Source: Gemmatimonadota bacterium | Lineage (GTDB): Bacteria > Gemmatimonadota > Gemmatimonadetes > Gemmatimonadales > GWC2-71-9 | DNA: 64,000 bases | Direction of reading: 5' to 3' | Assembly: GCA_039586365.1 (NCBI GenBank) | Contig: JBDHKN010000023.1 | Span: 9,499-73,498, forward strand | In this document: positions 27,989 to 36,827 of the stretch, in pieces | Position numbering within the stretch: the first letter of the stretch is position 1 | Layout: each line of letters starts with the position of its first letter | Notes under the pieces: generated by a model | Seen by the model: only the letters and a program-made list of their open reading frames with translations | Told to the model about the DNA's origin: nothing | The model's database searches: none | Position numbers and translations under genes: made by a program

Positions 27989-28864
27989 TTAGGCTGTAGA
28001 AAACTCGGCGCCGTCTATCGACCGCAACTCTGCGTCGCTCAAGACCAATTGTGCGGCAGTGGTCGAGTCAACAGCGTGCTTCACGGTTCGGGCACCGGGG
28101 ATGACGATTACGTTGTCTCCCCGGGAGAGTACCCATGCCAGCACGGCAGAGTGCGGTGACACACCGTGTCGCTGAGCGACAGGCCTCAGATCGGGGTGGT
28201 CAGGGAGTTTCTTGTTCAGACGTCCTCCCCCAACCGGACTGTAGGCCAGAAAGCCTATCCCCTTGTCCGCACAGTATTCCACGATGCCGGATTCCAGAGC
28301 TTCACGGAAGAAGGGATTCAAGCGATTCTGTACGGTGACTATGGGCGCGAGTGACTCCGCTTGCTTGATTTCCGCAACGGAAACGTTGGACAGGCCTATC
28401 CAGCGGATCTTGCCTGCCTCTTGAAGCCGCGCTAGCGCACCAACACTATCTGCAAATGGCACGGCTGGGTCCGGAGCGTGAAGTTGGTAGAGATCGATTG
28501 TCGTGAGCCCCAGCGCACTGAGCGACCGCTCGCAGGCCCGCCGGAGATGCTCCGGACGGCCATTCCGATCCCACCTTCCCTGTGGTCTTGTCAATCCTCC
28601 CTTGGTGGCCACGACCACTGAGTCTCGGTCGCCGGTCCAGTTCGCGAGGGCTCGTGCGACCAAGCGTTCATTGTGCCCGATTTCGTCGTCATCAAGGCAA
28701 TACACATCCGCAGTATCGATCAGGGTCATGCCGGCGTCGAGTGCTGCGTGAATCACCTGTACCCCCACCTCGGCTGCAGGACGTCCCTGAATGGACAGCG
28801 GCATGCCTCCGAATCCCACCACCCCAACCGACGGAGCTCCAGGGCCGAGAGTTCTGGTCTGCAT
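27989..28864 (-). CDS. Aldo/keto reductase
   Basis: GFGGM, IDTADVY, VATKGG, IDLYQLH, IGLSN, AYSP, IPG. Confidence 0.9.
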   Translation of the reverse strand: MQTRTLGPGAPSVGVVGFGGMPLSIQGRPAAEVGVQVIHAALDAGMTLIDTADVYCLDDDEIGHNERLVARALANWTGDRDSVVVATKGGLTRPQGRWDRNGRPEHLRRACERSLSALGLTTIDLYQLHAPDPAVPFADSVGALARLQEAGKIRWIGLSNVSVAEIKQAESLAPIVTVQNRLNPFFREALESGIVEYCADKGIGFLAYSPVGGGRLNKKLPDHPDLRPVAQRHGVSPHSAVLAWVLSRGDNVIVIPGARTVKHAVDSTTAAQLVLSDAELRSIDGAEFSTA

Positions 28865-29222
28865 TATCAGGTGTCGTCCTCTCTCAATTACGAAGGTGGA
28901 CGGACAATGCTGGAACTTCAAACCGTTGTCAATGAAGTCAGCAGCACTCATCGTAGCGGCAGCGACCGGCCAAGCAATTGACAATGCGATTGACGGTCAA
29001 GCCGCTTCACGATTGAAAACGCATGTGGGTAAGGGGTTTGCGGGCTTGAGTGAGGCTGGAAACCTTCAGTCAGGCTGACGTTGTTTTCAGAGCAGCGAAG
29101 GATGTGATTCCAGCCGCCAGTTGCCCGTATGGTTCCTGTCCAATAAGATGCGTCGTTCTATGCCAGGTTTGCAGCGGAATCTTGGGACTGGCATTGTGAC
29201 TCAACGGTCGAGAGGACAGAGA

Positions 29223-29723
29223 ATGCATGTAGGCCGGACATTGCGAGAGGGTCTTGTTATTGGGCTGGTGGGCGCAGCCGCGGTGGCAACGTGGTTCCTT
29301 GTGATTGACTTGCTTGCGGGTCGGCCGTTCTTCACGCCCGCCATCCTTGGGCAAGCGATTCTCTTCGGTGGAGTTGCAGATCCGGCAACGGTCGTGGTCG
29401 CCTTCCCGGCCGTCGTTGGTTACACGATGGTACATGTCTTGGCGTTCGTGTCGGTAGCCACGGTCGCCGTGTTCTTTGCCTGTCAAATTGAGCGCTCTCC
29501 GTCAACACTGTTCGTAGCCGTTGTCTTCTTCACGATCTTTGAGTTTGGTTTCTACGTTGTCGTTGCCACCGTGGCGCAGCCGCTGCTGGGCGCGCTGGCA
29601 TGGATCAACGTCGCGATCGGGAACGCGTTCGCTGCATTGGGGACGGGGTACTACCTGTGGCGTGCTCATCCACGCCTGCGTCAGAGCCTGAGGGAACACC
29701 CCCTCGGCAGCTTCGCCGATTGA
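29223..29723 (+). CDS. Hypothetical membrane protein
   Basis: GAGGA RBS; REGLVIGLVGAAAVATWFL..D...GRPFFTP, YTMVH; four TM helices; 3 nt before cyoE. Confidence 0.7.
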   Translation: MHVGRTLREGLVIGLVGAAAVATWFLVIDLLAGRPFFTPAILGQAILFGGVADPATVVVAFPAVVGYTMVHVLAFVSVATVAVFFACQIERSPSTLFVAVVFFTIFEFGFYVVVATVAQPLLGALAWINVAIGNAFAALGTGYYLWRAHPRLRQSLREHPLGSFAD

Positions 29724-29726
29724 AAC

Positions 29727-30674
29727 ATGAGCCGCGGTCATCATCTATTGGCACCAACGTTGCGTACTGACAGGCGGTCCGCAGGCAACGCATGCACTGC
29801 TTCCGGCTGGGCAAAGCGGGCGCGGTTGAGCGATGTGGTGCAACTCACCAAGCCACGGATCGTGCTGATGGTGGTTGTTACGGTGGCAGTGGGTTTCTGG
29901 ATGGCTGCGCCATCCACGCAAGCCATGTCGACGCTGTTTCATTTGCTGTTGGGCACTGCCCTGGTTGCTGGCGGCACTAACGCCCTGAATCAGGTTGCCG
30001 AGCGAGATATCGATGTACTGATGCGCCGCACGCGAAACCGCCCGGTTCCGTCAGGGAGAATGAGTGCTTCGCAGGCACGTACGGCCGCCTGGCTAATGGG
30101 GATGGTGGGCGTGGGGTACCTGGCCCTATCGGTTGGTATGCTGGTGGCCACCTTGGCTGCCTTGACTCTGGTTTCCTATGTGTTCCTCTACACGCCGCTG
30201 AAGCGTCGTTCCTCAGCTTCTGTGCTAGTTGGTGCGGTGCCGGGCGCAATGCCCATCGCGGGTGGTTGGGCGGCGGCGACGGGGAATCTGAGCCTGGAAG
30301 CGTGGGTGTTGTTTTGGATTTTGTTTCTCTGGCAGTTGCCGCATTTCCTGGCGTTGGGATGGCTGTATCGCGAGGACTACGCCCGCGCAGACCTGCAGGT
30401 TATTAGCGTAACTGATCCGGACGGTCGGCTGACGTTCGGGTATGCGAGTGTGTATGCGGCTGCCTTGGTGCCGGTGAGCCTGCTGCCCACCTTGCTCGGA
30501 ATCGCAGGCCAATTCTATTTCGTGGGAGCGCTGCTCCTCTCTCTGGGGTTTCTCGTTGCCAATGCCGCGGCAGTGGTTCGCTCCACCGCCCTCAACGCTC
30601 GAAGAGCGTTCCGCATGTCGCTGGCATACCTGCCGACGCTCCTCACCCTAATGGCGGTAAATCGAGGATTCTAG
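29727..30674 (+). CDS. cyoE: Protoheme IX farnesyltransferase (heme O synthase)
   Basis: LTKPRI, NQVAERDID.LMRRTRNRP, YTPLKR, GAVPGA.P, WQLPHF, DY.RA. Confidence 0.93.
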   Translation: MSRGHHLLAPTLRTDRRSAGNACTASGWAKRARLSDVVQLTKPRIVLMVVVTVAVGFWMAAPSTQAMSTLFHLLLGTALVAGGTNALNQVAERDIDVLMRRTRNRPVPSGRMSASQARTAAWLMGMVGVGYLALSVGMLVATLAALTLVSYVFLYTPLKRRSSASVLVGAVPGAMPIAGGWAAATGNLSLEAWVLFWILFLWQLPHFLALGWLYREDYARADLQVISVTDPDGRLTFGYASVYAAALVPVSLLPTLLGIAGQFYFVGALLLSLGFLVANAAAVVRSTALNARRAFRMSLAYLPTLLTLMAVNRGF

Positions 30675-30697
30675 ATAGTCACCGGCAGCGCTGAGAG

Positions 30698-30960
30698 TCA
30701 GTTCACACCTTTCCAACCGGGACCCCGCACCACCTGCCCGGGTGTCGCACCCGTGTGTTCACCGCCGTCGAACACCTGGACTCCGTTCACCAGTACATGC
30801 TGCACACCAGTGGCGTATTGATGTGGGTCGTCAAATGAGGCGTGGTCTTGCACTGTGACTGGATCGAACACGACCACATCCGCATAGTAACCAGGCCGTA
30901 GCGAACCGCGGCGCCTAATTCTCAGGTTGTGCGCTGGTAGGGAGGTGAGGCGACGATAGC
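30698..30960 (-). pseudogene. C-terminal remnant of a D-aminoacylase (N-acyl-D-amino-acid deacylase)
   Basis: RRLTSLPA...RGSLRPGYYADVVVFDP..VQDHASFDDPHQYATGV.HVLVNG...GEHTGATPGQVVRG; no room for the rest of the gene. Confidence 0.8.
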
Positions 30961-31039
30961 AGGGTGGAGGGCGCAAGGGAACACGGGACACTGAAGTGTA
31001 AGTGCCCCAGACTAGAGGAGCGCGGCTGGGCCTGACGGT

Positions 31040-32227
31040 CTAGAAGTTCCCGGTGAGCAGTGGCACCCTGACTCCAAGCACCGTTTGGTGGCTCCGGGCC
31101 GCGTCAGCGCGGTTGAAAATGGTGGGCTGGGGTATAGGCAGTCCTAAGCTCCACTCACTGCCACTGACGTTGACCAGCGAACCCACTGTACCAAACCGCC
31201 CGTCGTCGCCGCCATTGCTGTGTCTGCTGCGAGTCAGTACAGTGGAGGCCAGCAATCCTGCCGCACTGGTCACGGCGGGAATGGCGACGGCAGTCTTGGC
31301 TTCTTTCACCTCGAACAGCAGGTCTAACCCCAGCCCGCCGATACCGCCCGCTAGTCCTGCAGCAGTAATGAGCCATGCTTGGCCCTGAGTCACATCCCAC
31401 GCGCCTGAGCTGAGCGCAGTACCCAGTAGCCCGGCGTTGCCACCCGACAGAGTCCATGCCAGGAGGGCGTCGTCTTCGGCATCGGCTAGGACTCCGGCTG
31501 CAAGGCCGAACCAGGTTCCCCAGAAGGCTCCGAACTGGATCATGGTGGCGGTCCCCGCCGAAGGGTCCGTCGCTCCGGAGATGACCGCGCCACCAGCTAT
31601 TCCAACTACGCCACCGATCACCGCCGCCGTCCATGGGGCCTCGTCGGGTGTGGAGTGCCAGCAATGCTGGGAGTTGCTGTACGGGTCGTAGTAGCACTGT
31701 TCCGCTTCTCCAATATCAAGCACGGATCGCCACCCCACGCTCTGGAAGGTGCCCCAAATGCTGCCAAAAGAGGTCGCGATAGCCTGGCCTGAGGTCACGG
31801 GGTAGCGGTTGGTGAGCGCTTTAGTGACCCCGAAACCGAGTGGCGCGCCGAGCAGCAACCCGGCCCCGTAAGGCGCCGGCTCGTTAGCCCCTACTGCCGC
31901 AGGTACGGCAACTCCTAGCCACGCTCCGAACAGCGTGTTCCACACGGTGAGTCCAACCTGCCCGCCGTCCCGCTCGGTTTCACCACGGATCCTGGCCCAC
32001 CAAGTCGCGGCATCCTGTGATGCCGGAGTGTCGCCGTAGTGACGAAGTAGGATCGCGAGTATATCGCGGGCCAGCCCAACTTCGCCTTGAGCGTCTAGCT
32101 GGCGGGCGGCTTCCAGCAGGATGGCCGCCGAGTCGGCCCGCGTTGCCTGGGCGGGCAGGTGAGTCGGAACAGCAGCCGTCAGCAGAATCAAGCTTGCCAG
32201 GACAGCCACCAGGCGAAGAGCAGACAT
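31040..32227 (-). CDS. Exported Gly/Ala-rich membrane protein of unknown function
   Basis: GGAGGAG RBS, signal peptide ending LPA-Q, TPR-like helix pair, many glycine-zipper-like helices. Confidence 0.7.
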   Translation of the reverse strand: MSALRLVAVLASLILLTAAVPTHLPAQATRADSAAILLEAARQLDAQGEVGLARDILAILLRHYGDTPASQDAATWWARIRGETERDGGQVGLTVWNTLFGAWLGVAVPAAVGANEPAPYGAGLLLGAPLGFGVTKALTNRYPVTSGQAIATSFGSIWGTFQSVGWRSVLDIGEAEQCYYDPYSNSQHCWHSTPDEAPWTAAVIGGVVGIAGGAVISGATDPSAGTATMIQFGAFWGTWFGLAAGVLADAEDDALLAWTLSGGNAGLLGTALSSGAWDVTQGQAWLITAAGLAGGIGGLGLDLLFEVKEAKTAVAIPAVTSAAGLLASTVLTRSRHSNGGDDGRFGTVGSLVNVSGSEWSLGLPIPQPTIFNRADAARSHQTVLGVRVPLLTGNF

Positions 32228-32410
32228 GTCTCCTCCCCAATGCTCGTCGAGTTGATCTGTTTTCCAGAGGCGAATGCTTAAGGTGGGTCCGTCAAGAGGG
32301 AGTCAAGCGGCCAATTATCCTCGCAATTCCCGTTGTGCGAGACGGTGGAAGAAGGCGACCGACAGCGTGCCACAATCGCGTGTTGCCGGCTGCTTGTCCA
32401 CTGCCGTCCT

Positions 32411-32441
32411 CCCTTTACCGGCATTTACCGCCTTTTACCGC
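32411..32441. repeat. Degenerate TTTACCGCCC decamer array
   Basis: ccctttaccg-gcatttaccg-ccttttaccg directly after the aldehyde dehydrogenase stop codon. Confidence 0.6.
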
Positions 32442-32446
32442 GCTTG

Positions 32447-33814
32447 CTACGCAACATATACCGTCTTGATATTCACAAACTCTCTGATTCCGTAGTGAGA
32501 CAACTCCCTGCCATAGCCGCTCTCATTGATGCCGCCAAAAGGAAGTCGCGGGTCTGACTTGACAAAAGCATTGACGAAACAGCTTCCAGCCTCGAGCTGG
32601 TCGGCGGCAATCCGTTCGCCCTTCTCGACGTCCCCCGTGAATACGGCCGCTCCCAGGCCGAAGGTTGAGTCATTGGCCACCTCTATGGCGGCGGCGTCGT
32701 CGGGAACGGCAATTATGGCAGCGACTGGTCCGAACAACTCTTCATCGAAGGCGGGCATTCCCTTTCGAACGTCGGTGAGCACGGTTGGGGGGTAGAAAGA
32801 TCCGGGACCTTCCGGTATCGCACCTCCAAGGAGGCATCTGGCTCCGGCGATGAGACTCCTCTCGACCTGATCGTGCAGCTCGTCGCGCAAGTCGGTGCGC
32901 GCCTGGGGGCCGACTTGAGTCTCCTCATCTAGAGGATCTCCCAGTTTGGCCGCCCGCATCCCTTCCACAAACAACTGCTCGAATCTCTCTCGCTGTGATG
33001 CTACCACAATGAACCGTTTCGCTGCGATACAACTTTGGCCCGAGTTGATGAGCCTGCTGGCCACGCAGATGTTGGCGGCTTGCTCGCTGTCTGCATCGGA
33101 GAGAACGAGGTAGGGGTCGCTACCACCCAACTCGAGGACCGTCTTCTTGAGCATCTCCCCGGCCTTGCTGGCTACCGCTCTCCCAGCAGGAGTGCTACCA
33201 GTCAAAGTGACGGCTTTGACGATAGGACTCTCGATGATCGCGTCTACCTGCCGACTCCCGACGAGCAGCGAGCGAAACGCGTGCTCCGGGAAACCGGCTG
33301 CTTTGAATATGTATTGGATAGCCAACGCGCACCCAGGGACGTTGGAGGCATGTTTGAGAACTGCAACGTTGCCTGCCATGAGGGCGGGTGCAGCGAAGCG
33401 AAAGACCTGCCAGAAGGGAAAGTTCCAGGGCATCACGGCCAGGACTACACCCAGAGGCTGATAGGTGACGAAGCTCTTCGCTGCGTCGGTCTCGACGATC
33501 TCGCGCTCCAGAAACCCGGCTGCGTTCTCGGCGTAGTAGTCGCAAACCCAGGCGCATTTTTCAGCTTCAGCCCGACCCTGAGTGATCGGTTTCCCCATCT
33601 CCTCTGCCATCAGTCTGGCGTAGTCATCGGTCCGCTCGCGGAGAATCTGTGCCGCCGACTTCAGCAACTCGGCTCTAGTAGCAAAGCTCGTGCGGCGCCA
33701 TTTCAAATACGCTGCTTGGGATTGTTCCAAGGCGTCCACCACGTCGGCCGGCTTCAGCTCGTCGTACTCTCTGACGATCTCGTCTGTGGCAGGGTTGATC
33801 ACGGGGAGACTCAT
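32447..33814 (-). CDS. NAD(P)-dependent succinate-semialdehyde dehydrogenase (Sad/GabD1-like)
   Basis: MPWNFPFWQVFRF, LKHASNV, TGSTPAG, LELGGSDP, GQSCIAAKR, EELFGP, SGYGREL; start ATG 33814. Confidence 0.9.
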   Translation of the reverse strand: MSLPVINPATDEIVREYDELKPADVVDALEQSQAAYLKWRRTSFATRAELLKSAAQILRERTDDYARLMAEEMGKPITQGRAEAEKCAWVCDYYAENAAGFLEREIVETDAAKSFVTYQPLGVVLAVMPWNFPFWQVFRFAAPALMAGNVAVLKHASNVPGCALAIQYIFKAAGFPEHAFRSLLVGSRQVDAIIESPIVKAVTLTGSTPAGRAVASKAGEMLKKTVLELGGSDPYLVLSDADSEQAANICVASRLINSGQSCIAAKRFIVVASQRERFEQLFVEGMRAAKLGDPLDEETQVGPQARTDLRDELHDQVERSLIAGARCLLGGAIPEGPGSFYPPTVLTDVRKGMPAFDEELFGPVAAIIAVPDDAAAIEVANDSTFGLGAAVFTGDVEKGERIAADQLEAGSCFVNAFVKSDPRLPFGGINESGYGRELSHYGIREFVNIKTVYVA

Positions 33815-34011
33815 GTCAGCTAATCCTAATTGAGGTTGAGGAGTGGCTACTCGTGGGAAATCTAAGGTAGACGGTGCTAGGATGGTGAGGGACGGTGAAG
33901 GACAATCGTCACTTCCTTCACCGTCTTGCACCTCTGACACAGCCCTGGTTTGGGTCTGAGAGCGGGGCTACACTGCAAACTCCGGGGGGTGTCTCAAATG
34001 GAACCCCGCCG

Positions 34012-35007
34012 TCATGGCTCCACGCTGGTCAGTCGCCACAGATCCCGGAGTTGCTCGCGAGTGCCCAACGCAATCAGCACGTCGCCCGGCTCAAACCGCA
34101 TGTTGCTAGGCGGGTTTGTGAGCACGGACCCGCCGTCGGAGCGGCGCACCGCCAGTATGTTGGCGCCAGTTCGCTTACGCACCTGTGCCTCTTCGACAGT
34201 CTTGGAGTGGAGATCGCTGTGGGGCCACACCATGCACTCCTCGAGCCACAACTCCAAATCACCAGAATGCATCACCACATCCAGAAACTCGGTGACGGAG
34301 GGATACAGCAGTTGAGTGGCAATTCGCTGCCCGCCCATGGTGTACGGTGATATGACGCTGCTGGCGCCGCCGCGCAACAGCTTCCCTTCGGCTGAGGGTA
34401 GGTTTGCGCGAGCCACGATCATCAGATCTGGTCTGAGGCTGTGTGCCGAGACCGTGATGTAGAGATTGGTCGGATCGTCGCCAGTGGCGGCAACCAATCC
34501 TGCGGCCCTATCGATACCTGCCTGCTTGAGCACGTTGTCGTCGGATGCGTCGCCGTATACGAACAGCAGGTCGTCGCCCTCCGCGCCGTTCCCAGATTCC
34601 TGTTCGATCACAACACAGTTCTTCTTCCGTTGCTGCAAGCTTTCGATTACTTGTCCCCCAACCCTACCGTAGCCGCAGATGATATAATGGCCGCCCAGTC
34701 CGTCGATACTCCGTTGCATACGCCTTCTCCGGATTGTGCCATGTAGTTCTCCACTTACAATTTGCTGACCGATTGTACTGAAAAGAAAGGCTACAGCGCC
34801 AACACCAGTCACGATCAGTGCTGTTGTGAACAACTGGCCATCAGGCGACAGAGGTTGCACTTCGCTGAAGCCGACGGTCGAGAGCGTGATGACAGTCATA
34901 TAGAGTGCATCAGCGAAGCTCCACCCCTCGATCAGCATATACCCTGTTGTCCCAGCGGCTAGTATTGCCGCGAGGATAATGGCGAATCGAGCTAATCGTG
35001 CACGCAT
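34012..35007 (-). CDS. Two-TM potassium channel with TrkA-N/TrkA-C (RCK) domains
   Basis: DALYMTVITLSTVGFSEV pore loop, HYIICGYGRVG, GDA, and TrkA-C NP......GDVLIALG. Confidence 0.88.
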   Translation of the reverse strand: MRARLARFAIILAAILAAGTTGYMLIEGWSFADALYMTVITLSTVGFSEVQPLSPDGQLFTTALIVTGVGAVAFLFSTIGQQIVSGELHGTIRRRRMQRSIDGLGGHYIICGYGRVGGQVIESLQQRKKNCVVIEQESGNGAEGDDLLFVYGDASDDNVLKQAGIDRAAGLVAATGDDPTNLYITVSAHSLRPDLMIVARANLPSAEGKLLRGGASSVISPYTMGGQRIATQLLYPSVTEFLDVVMHSGDLELWLEECMVWPHSDLHSKTVEEAQVRKRTGANILAVRRSDGGSVLTNPPSNMRFEPGDVLIALGTREQLRDLWRLTSVEP

Positions 35008-35163
35008 TAGTGTCGGCCGTTCATGACGCTGGAATGTGACTCGGGTTCGGGAACACAATACTCGAATAGCGCTGAAGTACTACATGAGTTCGTGACAGAA
35101 TCAGAACCTTGAGAACGCGGAGTCACCGCGCAGTTATGGACACAGTGGTGACCCTGGAGTCGA

Positions 35164-35574
35164 TCACGATGCCGCAGCATCCAGCATGCGCTCGAGCCTT
35201 ACCCGCACTTCTTCAGCAAACGGCGCAATGGAGGCGTTACCTGCCAGCTTGAGCTGCTCCACAGGATCGATAGCCGCGATCACCGATTTGTGAGGCTCGT
35301 CGGAAGCATACACGATTACGTTGCACGGTAGTAGCAGGCCGAGGTCACGCTCGGCAGATAGGGCCTGGTGTGCGATCGGCGGGTTGCAGGCTCCCAAAAT
35401 GATGTAGGGGCGAAAGTCCACGCCCAGTTTCTTTTTGAGAGTAGCTTTGACATCTATCTCTGTCAGGACTCCAAACCCCTCCTTGCCAAGTTCTTCTCGC
35501 GTTCTCTCGACCGCTTGCTCGTAGGTTAAGGCTACCTCCACACTCATTCCGTATTTGGTGGTCTGTTGTGGCAT
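35164..35574 (-). CDS. DUF302 domain protein
   Basis: GFGVLTEIDV..TLKKKLG, ILGACNP, GLLLPCNV. Confidence 0.9.
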   Translation of the reverse strand: MPQQTTKYGMSVEVALTYEQAVERTREELGKEGFGVLTEIDVKATLKKKLGVDFRPYIILGACNPPIAHQALSAERDLGLLLPCNVIVYASDEPHKSVIAAIDPVEQLKLAGNASIAPFAEEVRVRLERMLDAAAS

Positions 35575-35664
35575 TTCGTTCGCTCCAAGGTTTGATCACG
35601 CTTTGTGTCGCTCAACAGAATATAAACCTGGCTACGTAAAGTTCACCTGATTATGAGGAAACCG

Positions 35665-35693
35665 TTGACGTCACAGGTCTGCGCCTATACCAT
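35665..35693 (+). promoter_or_regulatory. Sigma-70 promoter of the cytochrome oxidase operon
   Basis: TTGACG-N17-TACCAT about 60 bp upstream of coxB. Confidence 0.6.
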
Positions 35694-35750
35694 ACGACGC
35701 CTGCCTCCGGCCGGGCCTTTTTTTTCCACTGCGGACTCTATTGATCATAG

Positions 35751-36815
35751 ATGGATTCAAGTCGTAAGAAAACATATCACGGCTCCAGCTACTTAATGGC
35801 TAGCCTTGCCGGTTCTGCCGCCGCGCTATTGAGTGGCTGCGCCGGCCAGTACCCTCAGTCTACACTCGATCCGGCCTCCGGCTTCGGCAGCCAGTTGAGT
35901 GATCTCTTCGGTACGATATTCTGGTGGGCCGTGGTGGTGTTCGTGGTTGTCGAGGCAGTCCTGGTCTATGCTGTGATCCGGTATCGCGCACGTCCGGGGC
36001 AAGAAGGGAAGCCCAAACCAGTTCACGGCCATACTGCGCTCGAAATCGCCTGGACTCTGGCTCCGGCCGTCATCCTGCTGTTCATAGCCGTTCCGACGAT
36101 CAGCACCATCTTCAGAGTAGACGGTACTCCGGAGTCAGGCGCGCTCGAGGTCGAGGTTGTTGGCCACCAGTGGTGGTGGGAATTCAAGTATCCCGAATAC
36201 GGGATAATCACTGCGAACGAACTGCACGTGCCCGTGGGCCGTCCCTTGGCCTTGTCGATGACTTCTGTCGATGTGATTCACAGCTTCTGGGTGCCACGGC
36301 TGGGCGGCAAGCGGGACGTGATCCAGGGGCGCACGACACGTTTGGCGTTGACGCCGGATTCGGTGGGGATGTACCTGGGCCAGTGCGCCGAATTTTGCGG
36401 TGAGTCCCACGCCAACATGCGGACACGTGTGTTCGTAGACAGTGAAGCGGACTTCGATGCCTGGGTGGCCCGGCAGCTGACACCCGCTCCGCCAGTGGAT
36501 TCACTCGAGGGATTGGTGCGGCAGGGCGCTGAGGCTTTCACCAAGATCCGCGATCCGGCCAACTATTCCTGCCTCATTTGCCATAAGGTTGAGCCGATTG
36601 CGTTTGGCGCAATCGGTCCCAATCTGACCCATGTCGGCGGTCGTACTACAATCGCAGGTGGGACCATTCCAAATACACCCGAGGGACTGCGTCGCTGGCT
36701 GCGGAATCCACCTGGGGAGAAACCGGGTGACCTTCCTGGTAGGTCAATGCCCAAGGTCGACCTCACCGACGAAGAGATCGAAGCGCTGGTAGCGTTTCTC
36801 CAGAGTCTGAACTAG
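35751..36815 (+). CDS. coxB: Cytochrome c oxidase subunit II with fused cytochrome c (caa3 type)
   Basis: Lipobox LSGC, HQWWWEFKY, DVIHSFW, CuA motif CAEFCGESHANM, heme c motif CLICH, GPNLTH. Confidence 0.95.
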   Translation: MDSSRKKTYHGSSYLMASLAGSAAALLSGCAGQYPQSTLDPASGFGSQLSDLFGTIFWWAVVVFVVVEAVLVYAVIRYRARPGQEGKPKPVHGHTALEIAWTLAPAVILLFIAVPTISTIFRVDGTPESGALEVEVVGHQWWWEFKYPEYGIITANELHVPVGRPLALSMTSVDVIHSFWVPRLGGKRDVIQGRTTRLALTPDSVGMYLGQCAEFCGESHANMRTRVFVDSEADFDAWVARQLTPAPPVDSLEGLVRQGAEAFTKIRDPANYSCLICHKVEPIAFGAIGPNLTHVGGRTTIAGGTIPNTPEGLRRWLRNPPGEKPGDLPGRSMPKVDLTDEEIEALVAFLQSLN

Positions 36816-36827
36816 ACGGGACGTTTG

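Noticed and set aside
28978..29000. FNR-like site TTGACAATGCGATTGACGGTCAA upstream of the cyoE unit
   Set aside because: Half-site spacing does not fit TTGAT-N4-ATCAA.
32447..33814. Aldehyde dehydrogenase as the BMC core enzyme
   Set aside because: It is a non-acylating Sad/GabD type, lacks an encapsulation peptide and lies over 10 kb away.
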